The notes under the pieces are model-generated. The model saw nothing but the letters and a program-made list of their open reading frames with translations. It was not told the DNA's origin and made no database searches. A stretch of DNA of 64,000 nucleotides from an uncultured Planctomycetales bacterium (GTDB lineage: Bacteria > Planctomycetota > Phycisphaerae > UBA1845 > PWPN01). The first letter of the stretch is position 1. The number at the start of each line of letters is the position of its first letter. The position numbers and the translations under genes are program-made. This document shows positions 17,495-28,393 of the stretch, piece by piece. Location: the NCBI GenBank assembly GCA_964586235.1, contig CAZPIO010000002.1:7279-71278 (forward strand), read 5' to 3'.

Positions 17495-20137
17495 TCAGCC
17501 CTTCTTCTGTTTGAAGGCAACCGGCTTGCGGTCCGGGGTAGTGACGCGGATGCAGAAGGCCCAGTCGTTGATCTGATCGAGCGATTTGACCAGCACGCGG
17601 TTGACGCCCGCCTGGAGATGCGCCTCGGCCTTGTCCTGGTCGATCTTGACGCCGCGGGCACCGTCGAACGCGTACACTTTCTTGCCATTGAGCCAGACGA
17701 CCAGGCTGTCATCGCTGCCGATCTTGAGAATCACATCCTGCCCGGCGTCAACCTCGATCTCGGCGTAGGCGTAGGCGCCGACGTACTCATCGGGGCCGAG
17801 CGCACGGTCCATATCCATCACGCCTTCGAGGCCCTGCGTGTGGCACGGCCGCCAACGCAGTTCCTTGTCGCCGATGCGGACCGGCTGGTTGAGGTCGACC
17901 TTCTCTTCCGGCGGGTAGGATTCATTCCACATCCGGTTGCCCTGGTTAGGCAGCGGTCCGAGGAGCCACCATTGGGTGATGAAGCCGGCCTCGCGGGCGG
18001 GGTCGAGATCGACACCCAGCCGGCGGAGGTGTTCGGCGGCCCTGGCCGTGGTCTGAGGATCGGGATGGATCTTGAGCACCTGTTGGAGCAGGTCGATGGC
18101 CTCGGCCTTGCGGGACTCGGGGAGGCCGGCTGCGATGCGGGCCACAACCGGCGCGGCCGTGGCTGCCAGATTTGGCCGCTGCATGAGGGGCACGATCACC
18201 GGCAGAAGGTCAGCCGGTGGGGATTCGGCGCAGCGGGCAATTCCGCCGAGGGCCTCCTGCTTCTGATCATCGGTCACTGCCAGCGGCGTGACATCGACGT
18301 ACAACCGGCCGGCAGCCGCTTTGTCCAGGCCTTCGCCGCGCCTGGCAGCGCGGAGGCAGCCGCTGACGGCGGCCTCGGTCACCTTGGCCGGCCCTTTCTT
18401 CGCGACTTCGAGCAGTCGGGGGGCAATCGCAGGGTCGTCCTGGCGGCCGAGACCCTCGATCGCGGCAGCCTGGATGTCGACGTTCGGGCTTGCGGCCTCA
18501 GCGGCGAGCAGGGCCGGCACTTCAAGATGCTTGCGACAGCCGATGATACGGAGCAGCGGTGCTTTCTGCGGTTCGGGAGCGTCCTTATAGGCCGCGAGCA
18601 GGCGAGGGGTCACAAACTCGCCCTGGAGCTGCCGGATTGCCTTGTCGGCCGTGTCGCGCTCGACGGCGTCGGAGGATCTCAGTCCGGCCAGCAGTGCATC
18701 CAGACCACCCTCGGCCCGCAGTGAGCCGATGGCCTGGAAGGCAGCCACTCGCACGGAGCGATCACCGCCGGCGGCGGCCTTAATCAGCGCCGGCAGGACC
18801 GACGGATCGCCGCGACGTCCGAGTGCGGCGATCAGCTTCGCACGCGCCTCGGGTGCCGCGGTGTCCGCGGCCTTGGCGATGGCGGCGGTGGCCGCCTGGC
18901 CGGGCATCCAGTTGAGAGCGTGTTCGGCGGCGTCGCGAACGGGTCCGGGCGGCCCTGAGAGCAGCTTTGCGAGCACCGGTACACCGAGGTCGATACCCGC
19001 GGTTTCGACGGCCTCGATCGCGGCCAGTTGCACCGGTTCGGCCGGGTCGGCGATGGCCTCCACGATTTTGGCGGCGGCCGTCTCGTTCATCCACTGTCCG
19101 CGCTGGCCGAGTGATTTGAGGAGATCGGCCTTGAGCTTCCCCTCGGCCTTGGCCATCCGGTCGGCCACCGGGGTGGTCAGGTCCCTGCCCGGCAGCAGCA
19201 CGCATGCGGCAACGGCGGCGCCGCGGATGCGAGAGCCGTCGCGGTCCAACGCCGCGAGCACGAGATCGAGGGCTTGCCTGGTGCCCAATCGCCCGCAGGC
19301 GTGCAGGAGGCGACGCTGTTCGGGCACGGTGAGCGACGATGGGTTTGTCAGATGCTTGAGCGCGACCTCCGCCGCCTGATGGAGGTTGGTATCCATGAGC
19401 GCTTCCATGAGGCGAATCAGGGCGGAGGCGGCGCCCGGCTTGCCGTCCTTGAGGGCCGTCGCGATCAACTCGACGGACTGCGGAGCCGGCAACTGGCCGA
19501 GGGCATGGAGCACGGCCTGGTAGACAGCGGGATCGGGTGACTCGATCCCGGCGGCCAGGTAGTCAGCGGCCATCGGGTCGTCCCGCAGCCCCAACGATGC
19601 GACGACTCCGATCTGGTCGTTGCTCTTTGTGATCTGAAGCGCACCCATGAGGCACTGAGTCGCGCGGCGGGCGGGAATGCGGGCCAGGGCCTGCCTGGCA
19701 GTATCGGCCAGATCCGGGTCGTTGATCGCCACGTAGAGTATGTCGATGGCTGCGTTCTGCTCGGCGATGTAGCCCAGCAGCGTGCAGATTCGCTTCTTCG
19801 TCTCCTTTGGGTGCGTGGATCTCAGTTCGCGCCTCAGATCGTTTTCGATTTCGGGGGCGCGATCGGTGCCGGCGTATGTCTGGACCATGCGGAACAGAGT
19901 CTCCCACGCCATCTTGGTGGCCACGGGACTTGAGGCGGGGTTGTCGAGGATCGCCAGTAACGTCGGCACGGCCGGGGCGCCGACGAGGACCAGTTCTTGA
20001 AGAGCCCTGGCCTGGGTCTCGGGATTATCGAGGGCCAGAGCGGCAATGCGGCCGTCATCGGCCGGGAGGCTCTGAGCCATGGCCGGCGGGAAACCCAGGA
20101 GTGAAACCACAAACGCCGCGATGATCGGCACTCTCAT
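17495..20137 (-). CDS. secreted HEAT-repeat protein with C-terminal beta-sandwich domain
   Basis: I chose ATG at 20137 (MRVPIIAAFVVSLLGFPPAMAQ), with GGAG upstream. Long Ala/Leu-rich helical repeats are followed by a C-terminal LKIGSDDSLVVWLNGKKV-type lectin-like domain. Confidence 0.8.
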   Translation of the reverse strand: MRVPIIAAFVVSLLGFPPAMAQSLPADDGRIAALALDNPETQARALQELVLVGAPAVPTLLAILDNPASSPVATKMAWETLFRMVQTYAGTDRAPEIENDLRRELRSTHPKETKKRICTLLGYIAEQNAAIDILYVAINDPDLADTARQALARIPARRATQCLMGALQITKSNDQIGVVASLGLRDDPMAADYLAAGIESPDPAVYQAVLHALGQLPAPQSVELIATALKDGKPGAASALIRLMEALMDTNLHQAAEVALKHLTNPSSLTVPEQRRLLHACGRLGTRQALDLVLAALDRDGSRIRGAAVAACVLLPGRDLTTPVADRMAKAEGKLKADLLKSLGQRGQWMNETAAAKIVEAIADPAEPVQLAAIEAVETAGIDLGVPVLAKLLSGPPGPVRDAAEHALNWMPGQAATAAIAKAADTAAPEARAKLIAALGRRGDPSVLPALIKAAAGGDRSVRVAAFQAIGSLRAEGGLDALLAGLRSSDAVERDTADKAIRQLQGEFVTPRLLAAYKDAPEPQKAPLLRIIGCRKHLEVPALLAAEAASPNVDIQAAAIEGLGRQDDPAIAPRLLEVAKKGPAKVTEAAVSGCLRAARRGEGLDKAAAGRLYVDVTPLAVTDDQKQEALGGIARCAESPPADLLPVIVPLMQRPNLAATAAPVVARIAAGLPESRKAEAIDLLQQVLKIHPDPQTTARAAEHLRRLGVDLDPAREAGFITQWWLLGPLPNQGNRMWNESYPPEEKVDLNQPVRIGDKELRWRPCHTQGLEGVMDMDRALGPDEYVGAYAYAEIEVDAGQDVILKIGSDDSLVVWLNGKKVYAFDGARGVKIDQDKAEAHLQAGVNRVLVKSLDQINDWAFCIRVTTPDRKPVAFKQKKG

Positions 20138-20189
20138 ACGTGTATTGCTCCTGACAGACGAATCGGCGTGCAAGGCACGCCCTGCGTTC

Positions 20190-21494
20190 TTATGCGTACC
20201 ACGGCGCGCGGTATGGCCTGTCCAGCCAGCGTTCCAGCGCCGGATCGTCCACGATTTGCTCCCTCTCCGGGTCCCACCGGATCGTGCGGCCGGTGCGAAT
20301 GGCCATGTTGCCCAGGTGGCAGATAGTCACCGAGCGGCAGCCGATCTCGACGTCGCAGATCGGACGTTTGCGCGTCCGGATGCAGTTGAGGAAATCGCGT
20401 TCGTGGCCGACCGCGTCTTCATCCGGCGAGCGATACAGGTGGACGTCGCCCGGTCCGAGCGGCTCGTTGAGGATCGCGCGGTCGCTGGCTTGCAGGTAGC
20501 CTCGGCCGACGAGGATCCAGCCGTCGGTGCCCTGGAAATGCAGGCCGTTGCGGCCGTCGCTGACCGTGTGGAGCACGACCCCGTTGGCGTACGTGTGCTT
20601 GACCTCGAAGTGAGTGGCGGTATCGAAAAGTCCGCGGGTAGGGAACTCCGCGGAGACGGGCTCGATCTTGACCGGCCCGCTGCCGTCCATCCCCAGGCCC
20701 CACTGGGCGATGTCGTTGTGGTGGGCGCCCCAGTCGGTCATCTTTCCGCCTGAATAGTCGTAGAACCATCGGAAAGTGCTGAGACACCGTTTGGGCGTGT
20801 AGTCAGCCCACGGTGCCGGCCCAAGCCAGAAGTTCCAATCGAGTCCCGGGGGCGGGGGGGAGTTGGGCTCCCAGTCGCACGCGGGTCCGGCACCGATCAC
20901 CGCCCTGATCCACTGCACCCTGCCGATCCGCCCGCTGCGGACCAGCTCGCAGGCCAGGCGGAAGTTGCTGCACGAGCGCTGCTGCGTGCCGGTCTGGAAA
21001 ACGGTTGCGTTGCGGCGGGCGGCATTGACCATCCGGCGGGCTTCGCGGACCGAGTAGGACAGCGGCTTTTCGCAGTAGACGTCCTTGCCCGCCTCGCAGG
21101 CGTGGATCGCGGTCAGGGCGTGCCAGTGGTCGGGCGTGGCGATCACAACGGCGTCGACGTCCTTGCGGGCGAGCAGTTCGCGGTAGTCGTTGTGTGCCGG
21201 GATCTCCTTGCCGTAGGCCTGGTGGACCATCTTCATTGCTTCATTACGGCTGTCACCGTGTACGTCAGCGACGGCGACCACCTGGACATCCTTGTATCGC
21301 AGGAAGTTGCCGAGGTGGCCCCGGCCCATGCCGCCGACGCCGATGAAGCCCACCCCGATGCGGTCGTTGGCTGGTTGCGACGCGGCCTGTCCGCGGGCCT
21401 TCGTTGTCAGCATGCAGGGGGCCATGGCGCCGACGGCGATGCCGGCGCTGCTCCTGAGCAGACTTCGGCGGGTGATCAATCGATATCGTCCCAT
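20190..21494 (-). CDS. Gfo/Idh/MocA family oxidoreductase with twin-arginine signal
   Basis: I chose ATG at 21494, preceded by GAGGAG. TAT motif ITRRSLL and Rossmann motif GVGFIGVGGMGRGH. Confidence 0.9.
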   Translation of the reverse strand: MGRYRLITRRSLLRSSAGIAVGAMAPCMLTTKARGQAASQPANDRIGVGFIGVGGMGRGHLGNFLRYKDVQVVAVADVHGDSRNEAMKMVHQAYGKEIPAHNDYRELLARKDVDAVVIATPDHWHALTAIHACEAGKDVYCEKPLSYSVREARRMVNAARRNATVFQTGTQQRSCSNFRLACELVRSGRIGRVQWIRAVIGAGPACDWEPNSPPPPGLDWNFWLGPAPWADYTPKRCLSTFRWFYDYSGGKMTDWGAHHNDIAQWGLGMDGSGPVKIEPVSAEFPTRGLFDTATHFEVKHTYANGVVLHTVSDGRNGLHFQGTDGWILVGRGYLQASDRAILNEPLGPGDVHLYRSPDEDAVGHERDFLNCIRTRKRPICDVEIGCRSVTICHLGNMAIRTGRTIRWDPEREQIVDDPALERWLDRPYRAPWYA

Positions 21495-21671
21495 CCGGAC
21501 ACTCCTCGGTATTTGCCTGGCCATCCGGCGGCAGCCTCCCCAGCCGCGCAGATCTCCAAGGTACTCCCCAACGTTGCCCGCTGCAACGCCGTCGCTTAGA
21601 CTGGCCGCTTGTCGCGGGATTGGCCGGGCAGCGGCCAGAAGGCGAAGTCCTGCCTGTTGGGAGCATCAGTT

Positions 21672-24086
21672 GTGAACAGAATCATCGTTTCGATATCGTG
21701 TATCGGTCTGCTGGCAAGTTGTCCTTGGGCGCTGGCCGAGTTGCCGAAGGTCGTGGGTGAGAGCACGGTCACGTGGCAGGGCAAGAAGTGGCAGTTGATC
21801 GACGACGAGGGCGTGTTCGTATTCGAGCCGGCGGGCGGGGCAGGGCGTCAAGTGCTGCCGACGCCGGGACGGCCGGCCGGGGAGATCCTCGAGCGTCGCG
21901 GGTGGACGACACCTGTGGCGTGCCGGCTGGTGGACTTCGTCGATTGCACTCAGACGGACCACGGATTCGTCGACGACGGCAAGTCACGGGTGCTGGATCT
22001 GCCGGGCGGCAGGTTTCGGGTGACCAGCGCCGCCAAGGGATTCGATCTGACCTGGTTCGCCTACACCCTGCAGACGGCCAACAAGGCGGGGACGCCGCAT
22101 CTGCTGGTGGCCGAGACACCCAACGACCGCGAACGCTACACGACCGTGTCGCTGACCATTCCGAAGAGTGAGCCGTGGTCGCCGCCCTACACCGGGCAGG
22201 AAGCGGTCAAGGTCAACTCGATGGAGATGTCGCAGGAGCCGTTCTGGTATGAGCCGGACGTCGGGCTGGATGTGTACACCGGGCGCGAGCTGCCGATCGA
22301 CAACAAGCCGTTCACCTTCCAGTACGTCTTTTTCCCCAAGGCCGCCCGGATTCGCGTCGCGGTCAGCTCGAGCGGTTGGGCCAAGCCGAACACACCTGAA
22401 TCAGGGGGTGCGGTCTCGCGCATCTGGGTTTTCGAGATTCTTGACCCGCTCGCGCAGCGGTTGCCCAAGATCGAGGCCCCGAGCGGCCGGCAGCGGCGGC
22501 TCGGCCTCTATGCCACGCACCCGTGGTACTTCCTGGCCCATTACGGCGTGCCCCCGCACACGCCGGAGCAGCGGCGCAAGTCGTTCGAGAACATGTGCGA
22601 CCTGCTGGCCTTCTGCGGCATGAATCTGATCGAATTCAATGCCATCAACGGCTCGGACCGCGCCGGCCGGGCGTGGTATCCGGGCAGCCACTACAAACAG
22701 CTTGGAGCGGATCTGCTGTCGGAGCTGCCGCCGGTGGCCGCGACGCGAGGCATCGACATCGTGCCGGTGGTGACCTCGATCACCGCGCCGGGCAAGGTCG
22801 AGGGTAACAAGCCGAATCAGTACGGCTTCTCGGAACTGTCATTCCAGAGGCACGCGAACCCCAAGGCCGACCCCAGGGCTTTCGAGCACCGCCCGCCCGA
22901 CCCGCTTCGGCCGGAAACGCAGCGATGGCTCATCAGGCACCTGGTCGAGATCGGGCAGCGCTGCAAGTCTCACAGAAACGTGACCGGCATCGGATTCCGC
23001 GTCAACGGCAAGATCGGGACGTGCTACATATCCGGCGAGGACAAATCGGGTGGGCAGACCAAGGTCTACAGCGCCGAGATGATGGGGTACTCGACGTGGA
23101 ATCTCTCGCAGTTTCGAACCGAGTCGAAGCTGACGGTGCCGAACGAGTCAATGGAAGCCTACCAGTGGCTCAAGGCAGACGCAAAACGCTGGGACCGGTG
23201 GCTGGAGTTCCGTTGCCGGCGCACGCACGATTTCTGGCTCAAGGCCCGGGACGCGATCCGCAAGATCCGGCCGGACTGGACGCTGTACGTGGTCACCGAC
23301 CTGCCCTCCGAGGTGACGGCGACCAACGTGGAGTGGCCGGGCAAGGACTCGCCCGACGCCGAGAAGGCCACGCTGGATCTGCTGCGGGCACACGGGTACG
23401 ACCCGCGAATGTTCAGTAAAGACGAGGGGATACTGGTTCAGCGGGTGATGATGGTGGACATGGAGCGGTTTTTCGGCAAGTGGGGCCCGCCGTGGGGCAG
23501 CAATCCCGAGCGATATCGCGACTACCACGAGCAGGAGTTCCTGCCGGACTGGTTCCGCACGCCAGCCGGGTCGGGGACAGAGATCTACCACAATTACTGG
23601 GAAGAGCCGTTTCATCCCGTGGGCTGGGAGTTCGGTCCGGACGACCGAGGCACCGGGATGCGGACATCGACGGCCACGGCCAAGGGGCGGGCTTTCTACC
23701 GGCCGGCGACCTTCACGCTGCGTGCGGGCGACACTGACACGATCGTGCTCAACGGCTGGCAGCGACCGGTGATGGGGCATGAGCACGACCTGCGGCGGTT
23801 CTGCCAGGCGGTGCGGGCACTGCCTATCGGCGAATCGAAGCCGCTGACTGTCTCACCCAAGGACCCGAAGGTCGCCGCGTCGCGGTTCGGCGACCGCATC
23901 GCGGTCATCAACGATCGCGACAAGCCGGCGGAGGTGACCGTGACCCTGGATCAGGCGCTGCCGGCCGGCAAGCGGCTGCGCGACGTGGCGACGGGGCGGG
24001 TGCTGATCGAGGAACGAGCAGCCCAGCGAGATTCATTCGTTGTCCAGACAGAAGACTACGACATCCGCGCAATGCTGATCGAATAA
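21672..24086 (+). CDS. large secreted hypothetical protein (TIM-barrel/glycoside-hydrolase-like by composition)
   Basis: The ORF is open from TTG at 21609. GTG at 21672 gives the signal peptide VNRIIVSISCIGLLASCPWALA with GGGAG upstream. No named family recognised. Confidence 0.65.
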   Translation: MNRIIVSISCIGLLASCPWALAELPKVVGESTVTWQGKKWQLIDDEGVFVFEPAGGAGRQVLPTPGRPAGEILERRGWTTPVACRLVDFVDCTQTDHGFVDDGKSRVLDLPGGRFRVTSAAKGFDLTWFAYTLQTANKAGTPHLLVAETPNDRERYTTVSLTIPKSEPWSPPYTGQEAVKVNSMEMSQEPFWYEPDVGLDVYTGRELPIDNKPFTFQYVFFPKAARIRVAVSSSGWAKPNTPESGGAVSRIWVFEILDPLAQRLPKIEAPSGRQRRLGLYATHPWYFLAHYGVPPHTPEQRRKSFENMCDLLAFCGMNLIEFNAINGSDRAGRAWYPGSHYKQLGADLLSELPPVAATRGIDIVPVVTSITAPGKVEGNKPNQYGFSELSFQRHANPKADPRAFEHRPPDPLRPETQRWLIRHLVEIGQRCKSHRNVTGIGFRVNGKIGTCYISGEDKSGGQTKVYSAEMMGYSTWNLSQFRTESKLTVPNESMEAYQWLKADAKRWDRWLEFRCRRTHDFWLKARDAIRKIRPDWTLYVVTDLPSEVTATNVEWPGKDSPDAEKATLDLLRAHGYDPRMFSKDEGILVQRVMMVDMERFFGKWGPPWGSNPERYRDYHEQEFLPDWFRTPAGSGTEIYHNYWEEPFHPVGWEFGPDDRGTGMRTSTATAKGRAFYRPATFTLRAGDTDTIVLNGWQRPVMGHEHDLRRFCQAVRALPIGESKPLTVSPKDPKVAASRFGDRIAVINDRDKPAEVTVTLDQALPAGKRLRDVATGRVLIEERAAQRDSFVVQTEDYDIRAMLIE

Positions 24087-24100
24087 GAGCACCCAGTGCC

Positions 24101-24949
24101 TCAGGCCACGGCCATCGCCGGTTGCCGGTTGGGCTGGTAAAAGACTGCGCGACAGTGGTGCTGGGGGACGAACCCTGCGGCGAGGTCGGAGAGCGACTCG
24201 GAGGAACCGACGAACAGATAGCCCTCGGGAGTCAGCTCACGGATGAGCCGTTCGAAGAGGCTCTTGCGAACCGCGGGACTGAAGTAGATCGCCACATTGC
24301 GGCAGAAGATGATATCGAACGGCCCCAAGTTGGCGAACGGCTCGAGGAGGTTCAGGCGGCGATAGGCGACCATCGCGCGGATCTCGTCCTTGACCTTCCA
24401 GGCGTCCGGCTCGCGGACGAAATACTTGTTCAGCCATTCGGGTTTCATCCCCCGCTGGATATCCGTGTCGCGGAACCGGCCGATGCTGGCCTGCTTGATG
24501 GCGGCATCGGAGATGTCGGTGGCGGTGATCTGGATGTCCCAGGCGCCGACATCGGGCAGCAACTGTCGCAGGATCATGGCGATGCTGTAAGGCTCCTGGC
24601 CGGTGCTGCAGGCCGCCGACCAGATGCGGATGCGTTTGGAGGCCGTCCTGGCCTTGGTGTCAAAGAGTTCGGGGAATACTTTGTGCTGCAGGGCCTCGAA
24701 CGGCGAAGTATCACGGAAGAACATGGTCTCGTGGGTGGTGATCGCGTCGACGATGCTTGTCTGGACAAGGCGGTTGTTCTCGTACCGGGCCTTGCAGTAG
24801 AGCTCGGAGAAGCTCTTGCAGTTGGCGTCCTCCGCCACTTTTGAGAGCCGGCTTTCGATCAGGTAGGCCTTGCTCTCGTCGAGCACGACCCCGCAAAGAT
24901 CATCCACCAGGCGTGCGAGGACCTTGAACTCATCAGGCGTCACGTGCAA
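24101..24949 (-). CDS. cheR: chemotaxis protein methyltransferase CheR
   Basis: THETMFFRD and RIWSAACSTGQEPYSIAMIL are CheR SAM-binding signatures. The ORF-track start is a TTG. GTG at 24943 would give a GTGA overlap with the cheB stop. Confidence 0.9.
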   Translation of the reverse strand: MHVTPDEFKVLARLVDDLCGVVLDESKAYLIESRLSKVAEDANCKSFSELYCKARYENNRLVQTSIVDAITTHETMFFRDTSPFEALQHKVFPELFDTKARTASKRIRIWSAACSTGQEPYSIAMILRQLLPDVGAWDIQITATDISDAAIKQASIGRFRDTDIQRGMKPEWLNKYFVREPDAWKVKDEIRAMVAYRRLNLLEPFANLGPFDIIFCRNVAIYFSPAVRKSLFERLIRELTPEGYLFVGSSESLSDLAAGFVPQHHCRAVFYQPNRQPAMAVA

Positions 24950-26049
24950 GCAGGCACTCCTTTTCCCACGAAGCGGGTGATCTCGGAAGCGATCCGGTCG
25001 AGAGGGGCGATGACGTCGGAGAGGCCCTCCTCCGCGGGGGCCTTGGGCATACCGTAGACCACGCAGGTTGCCTCATCCTGGGTGATGATTGCGGCTCCCT
25101 GGCGCTTCATGAGCCGACAGCCGAGGAATCCGTCGCTGCCCATGCCGGTCATGATGACGCCGAGGGCGTTGCGGCCGCAGTGGTTTGCGACGGAGCGAAA
25201 AAGGTAGTCGACCGAGGGACGGCAGTTGTTTTCGGGCGGGTCGTCGGTAATGCGCGCGACGAGGGCCCCGTCGCGGCGATCGATTTTCATCTGTCGGCCG
25301 CCTGGCGCGACCAGGACCTGGCCGGGCGCGACCGGTTGCCCCTCCTCGGCCTCGCAGACGGCCAGCGAGCAGCGGCGGTCGAGGTCATCAGCGAGCGACT
25401 TGGTGAACTTCGGCGGCATGTGCTGAACGATCATCACGGGGGTGGCGAGGTCCGCGGGCAGGCCGGGGAGCATTATGGCCAAGGCCGTCGGCCCGCCGGT
25501 AGAGACGCCCATGGCGACGACTTCGGGCTTGCCCGGCGTCGCGGCGACCTTCTGCATGCGCTGGGCGATGCCACTGGACGGCAAGACCGGCTTCGGCGGC
25601 GCCGGAGCGGGCCTGTTGAGAATGCCGCGGATTGACCGGCTGCGGGCAAACGCCGCGATTTTGGGGCAGAGGTCGGCCCGGAGAGCCCTGATGCTCTCTT
25701 CCATGTTGCCGGTCGAGGGTTTGAGCACGAAGTCGAAGGCCCCGAGCCGGAGGGCGGCGATGGTCTCTTCGGCCCCGCGGGCGGTGAAGGCGCTGAGCAT
25801 GATCGCGCCGGTCGGACTTTCAGTCGCCTTCAGGTGCCGGAGCACGCCAAGGCCGTCCATCTCGGGCATTTCGAAGTCGAGGGTCAGCAGGTCGGGGCGA
25901 AGCTGCTCGATTTTCAGAACCGCGATCCTGCCGTTGGAGGCGGTGCCGACAACCTCGACGCCGGGCACGCTCGCCAGCAGGTCGCTCAAGACCTTGCGAT
26001 ACGTCACGGTGTCGTCGACGATCAGGACTCGGATCGGCTCTTCGCTCAC
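24940..26049 (-). CDS. cheB: protein-glutamate methylesterase/response regulator CheB
   Basis: GTG start with GGAG upstream. The N-terminal receiver has IRVLIVDD and LLTLDFEMP. The C-terminal methylesterase domain has GVSTGGP and GMGSDG. Confidence 0.9.
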   Translation of the reverse strand: MSEEPIRVLIVDDTVTYRKVLSDLLASVPGVEVVGTASNGRIAVLKIEQLRPDLLTLDFEMPEMDGLGVLRHLKATESPTGAIMLSAFTARGAEETIAALRLGAFDFVLKPSTGNMEESIRALRADLCPKIAAFARSRSIRGILNRPAPAPPKPVLPSSGIAQRMQKVAATPGKPEVVAMGVSTGGPTALAIMLPGLPADLATPVMIVQHMPPKFTKSLADDLDRRCSLAVCEAEEGQPVAPGQVLVAPGGRQMKIDRRDGALVARITDDPPENNCRPSVDYLFRSVANHCGRNALGVIMTGMGSDGFLGCRLMKRQGAAIITQDEATCVVYGMPKAPAEEGLSDVIAPLDRIASEITRFVGKGVPACT

Positions 26050-26162
26050 CTGGCTGCTCCGGCAACTCCCGCGGCATAGGCTTCTTTCAGTCGGGTGCTG
26101 ACCCTGTCGAGGCGGTCGCGACCGCGGTGCACAGCGCGAACGTTCGCATGCCTCACGACCCG

Positions 26163-27833
26163 TCAGACCTTGAACTGGCTGACCAGGGCCTGGAGCTGCT
26201 CGGCCAGCTTGGACAGTTCGTTGCCCGCGGCCTGGGTCTGGGCTGCGCCCTGGGCGGTCTGCCTGGCGGCCTGGTCGACACCGGCGATGTTCTTGGTGAT
26301 CTCCTTGCTCGCGGTGGCGGACTGGCCCACGCCGCGGGACACCGTTTCGGCGGCGCCTGCGGTCTGACCGACGTTCTGGGCGATCTCCTTGGTGGTAATG
26401 CTCTGCTCCTCGACCGCGGAGGCGATGGTCCGCGAGACCTCGTTGACCTTGGTGATCACCTCGCTGATTTCGCCGATGGACTGGACCGCGCCGCCGGTGG
26501 AGGCCTGGATACCTTCGATGCGTTTTCGGATATCCTCGGTGGCCTCAGCGGTCTGCTTGGCCAGCTCTTTCACTTCGGTGGCCACGACGGCGAAGCCCTT
26601 GCCGGCCTCACCGGCCCGGGCGGCCTCGATGGTGGCGTTCAAGGCCAGCAGGTTGGTCTGCTCGGCGATGTCCTGGATGACTTCGATGACCTTGCCGATC
26701 TCGTCGGCGGCGGTCCCGAGCTGGCCGATATTCTGGTTGCTGGTGGCGGCCAGTTGAGCGGCCTTGTCGGCGACGGTGGCGGCCTGCTCGGCGTTGCGGG
26801 CGACCTCGCCGATGCTGGCGGTCATCTCTTCGACGGCCGCTGCCACGGTCTTGACGTTGGCGGACATCTGCTCGGTGGAGGCGGCCATGTTGTTCATGTT
26901 GGTGGACATCTCCTCGGCGGCAGCGGCCACCGTGGCGGACTGAGTGGTGGTCTCCTCGGCGCCGCCGGCCAGTTGCGTTGCCGTGGCGGACAATTCAGTG
27001 GCCGAGCCGGCCAGAGTCTTGGCCGTATGGCCCAGTTCGCCCATCGTCTTGCGGAGGCTGACGCTCATCTCCTGGATGGCCTTGCCCAGGTCGCCGATCT
27101 CGTCGCGGCGGCCGAGTATTTCCTGCGGCACGTCCTTGGAGACGTCGCCGCGAGCCACGTCGCCGAGTTGCGTGACCACCGCCTGGACCGGTTTGGTGAC
27201 GCTGCGAGTGAGGGTCACGGCGATCACGATCGCCAGCACGGCCGCGACGATCGGGACGATGATCATGATCGTGGTGATGCGTGACACGAGGGCCTCGGCT
27301 GCCGCTCCCTGCTCCTGATCCTGTTTCTGGAGCCAGGCGATCAGCTTGTCGAGGGCCTGATCCGAGACCTCCATACCCGGCGCGCACTCCTTGTTGAAGA
27401 CATCGATCGCCTCCTTGCTCTTGCCTGCGAACGCCAGTTCGAGGGTCTGGTTGTTCCCTCCCCGGAGGGCGGCCACGGCCTGTTCGAAGCCGACGAGCAG
27501 CCCGGTTTCGGTCTCATTGTTGGAGGTCGTCTTGAGTTGTTCGAGTTTCTTCTTGTACTCCTCTCGGGCCTTGTCGATGTCGGCCTTGTACCGGTCCCTG
27601 GTTTTCTGGTCTTCAAGCATGGCGATCTGCGCGGCCTTCATACTGATCATGCGGGCGGCGGTTCCCACCTCGTGGGCGGTGTTCATCCGCTGGGCCTGCG
27701 CCCGGGACGCCTCCCCCGCCCTGTTGATTTCTCGAACAGACCAGATCGCCAGTCCGGTCATGCCCGCGAGCATCATCAGGGTAATCGCAAACCCGCCCTG
27801 CAAGCGCTTTCCAATCTTGATATTGTTGAGCAC
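26163..27833 (-). CDS. methyl-accepting chemotaxis protein (four-helix-bundle sensor, HAMP, signalling domain)
   Basis: GTG start after AAGGGGGAG. Two TM segments. The signalling hairpin [35 protein letters not shown] is highly conserved. Confidence 0.9.
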   Translation of the reverse strand: MLNNIKIGKRLQGGFAITLMMLAGMTGLAIWSVREINRAGEASRAQAQRMNTAHEVGTAARMISMKAAQIAMLEDQKTRDRYKADIDKAREEYKKKLEQLKTTSNNETETGLLVGFEQAVAALRGGNNQTLELAFAGKSKEAIDVFNKECAPGMEVSDQALDKLIAWLQKQDQEQGAAAEALVSRITTIMIIVPIVAAVLAIVIAVTLTRSVTKPVQAVVTQLGDVARGDVSKDVPQEILGRRDEIGDLGKAIQEMSVSLRKTMGELGHTAKTLAGSATELSATATQLAGGAEETTTQSATVAAAAEEMSTNMNNMAASTEQMSANVKTVAAAVEEMTASIGEVARNAEQAATVADKAAQLAATSNQNIGQLGTAADEIGKVIEVIQDIAEQTNLLALNATIEAARAGEAGKGFAVVATEVKELAKQTAEATEDIRKRIEGIQASTGGAVQSIGEISEVITKVNEVSRTIASAVEEQSITTKEIAQNVGQTAGAAETVSRGVGQSATASKEITKNIAGVDQAARQTAQGAAQTQAAGNELSKLAEQLQALVSQFKV

Positions 27834-27890
27834 AGTACTCCCCCTTTAGATTGACCACGTGTGACATTGCCAAGTTACAGTAGCGACCGG

Positions 27891-28376
27891 TTACCTGCCC
27901 GGGCTCTCGCCGGCCAGGACCGTTTCGACATCGAGGATAACCACCAGTTCCGATTCCAGTTTGTAGACGCCGGTGAAGAACTTGCCGTCGATCCCGTTGA
28001 CGTTCGAGGGTGGCGGCTCGATGTCGCAGGAATTCGCGCGGGCCACATCGGCGATGCGGTCGACCAGGAGGCCGATGCGTTCGTGGCGCGAGCGTATGAT
28101 CACGTTGCGCGTGTTGGCGCCGATCACCGTGGGCTGGAGCCCCAGCGTCTTTCGCAGGTCGATGACGGTCACCACCTCGCCGCGCAGGTTCACCACGCCG
28201 CGCACGTTGTCCGGCGTGTGCGGCACCGGGGTGACGTTCAACTGGCGGTTGATCTCCTCGGCCTGCTGGATATCGATACCCAGGAGGAGGTCACCCACGT
28301 AGAACGTGGTGAATTCCATTTCGGCGGGAGCGGTGGTCCGGTTTTCTGCAGGTGTCCGCATTGTCGCGTTCATCAT
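27891..28376 (-). CDS. cheW: chemotaxis coupling protein CheW
   Basis: CheW fold motifs FYVGDLLLGIDI and VVNLRGEVVTVIDL. I prefer ATG at 28376 or 28373 over the ORF-track TTG at 28397. Confidence 0.88.
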   Translation of the reverse strand: MMNATMRTPAENRTTAPAEMEFTTFYVGDLLLGIDIQQAEEINRQLNVTPVPHTPDNVRGVVNLRGEVVTVIDLRKTLGLQPTVIGANTRNVIIRSRHERIGLLVDRIADVARANSCDIEPPPSNVNGIDGKFFTGVYKLESELVVILDVETVLAGESPGR

Positions 28377-28393
28377 TGTCTCCGGTTCAACAA

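Noticed and set aside
17618-19379. Plus-strand ORFs inside the HEAT-repeat gene region
   Set aside because: They are antisense shadows, with Ala/Arg/Ser/Pro-rich products.
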